A DNA stretch of 64,000 nucleotides, taken from NCBI RefSeq assembly GCF_009914755.1, contig NC_060941.1. One strand, 5' to 3'. This DNA comes from the human T2T-CHM13v2.0 reference genome, Homo sapiens. Shown piece after piece: positions 63,304 to 64,000 of this stretch. The first letter of the stretch is position 1; every line of letters begins with the position of its first letter. The translations under genes were made by a program, and so were the position numbers. Below the pieces are notes generated by a model, which searched no databases, was not told where the DNA came from, and was given only the letters and a program-made list of their open reading frames with translations.

Positions 63304-64000
63304 TGAGTGAGAGGCGAGGGCTGGGACTGGCATGGGGCCCGGGGGTGCTGGGTGAGAGCACAGAGTTGGGCTCCCCTCGCTCTTGGGGTCAGCGTGCCCA
63401 GGAAATGCCCTTTCTTGTTTTCCACGAGGGGGGCTTCTCTGCCCCACTGAGAGCCGGCACCTACTTCATACCATGCCCCGATCAGCTGCCCCTCCCTCAG
63501 AACCGCCCTCTGCTTAAGGGTGTCCACTCTCTCCTGTCCTCTCTGCATGCCGCCCCTCAGAGCAGCGGGATCTCAAAGTTATATTTCATGGGCTTGGACT
63601 CCAAATGGGGGGAACTCGGGGACACTAGCTCCCCCCGGCCTCCTTTCGTGACCCTGCCCTTGACTTCCTCACCTTCTCTGTCTTTCCTGAGCCCCTCTCC
63701 CAGCATGTGACTGATAAGGAAATTGAGTCACACAGCCCCTGAAAGCGCCAGACTAGAACCTGAGCCTCTGATTCCTCTCACTTCCCTCCCCTACCCTGCC
63801 ACTTCCTACTGGATAGAAGTAGACAGCTCTTGACTGTCCTCTTTTCTCCCCACTGGCTGGTCCTTCTTACCCCAGCCCGTTTGAAAGAGCTCACCCCCGA
63901 CACAAGGACCCGCACACAGATACCTCCCAGCTCCCTCTCAACCCACCCTTTCCAGGGTTGGAGAACTTGAGGCATAAACATTCTTCCATGAGGAATCTCC

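Overview
This is primate, almost certainly human, genomic DNA from the TANC2-CYB561-ACE locus (17q23.3 from memory). In order: (1) a long 3' UTR on + (about 1-3900), attributed to TANC2 from locus knowledge because no CDS is in the window; (2) the complete CYB561 gene on - (non-coding exon 1 in a CpG island near 22.4-22.6 kb; five coding exons of 202+99+104+158+193 nt = 756 nt, 251 aa; poly(A) signals near 8.5 kb); (3) a ~30 kb repeat-dense spacer with many Alus, a full-length SVA, a MER41-family solo LTR, two MST LTRs, DNA-transposon and L1 relics and a PPIA retrocopy; (4) ACE on + from the promoter through exon 16, including the N-domain HEMGH zinc motif and the testis promoter/exon 13. I found no evidence of a new protein-coding system; most ORF-track entries are Alu or GC artefacts. 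The observations most worth follow-up are an MRE-core minisatellite abutting CYB561 exon 2, a ~205-bp inverted templated insertion inside an Alu, a frameshifted PPIA retrocopy whose ORF is reopened by upstream ATGs, an SVA that reused an Alu target site, a GAS-bearing MER41 LTR upstream of ACE, and a ~230-bp direct duplication in CYB561 intron 1. All coordinates and alignments were read by eye.
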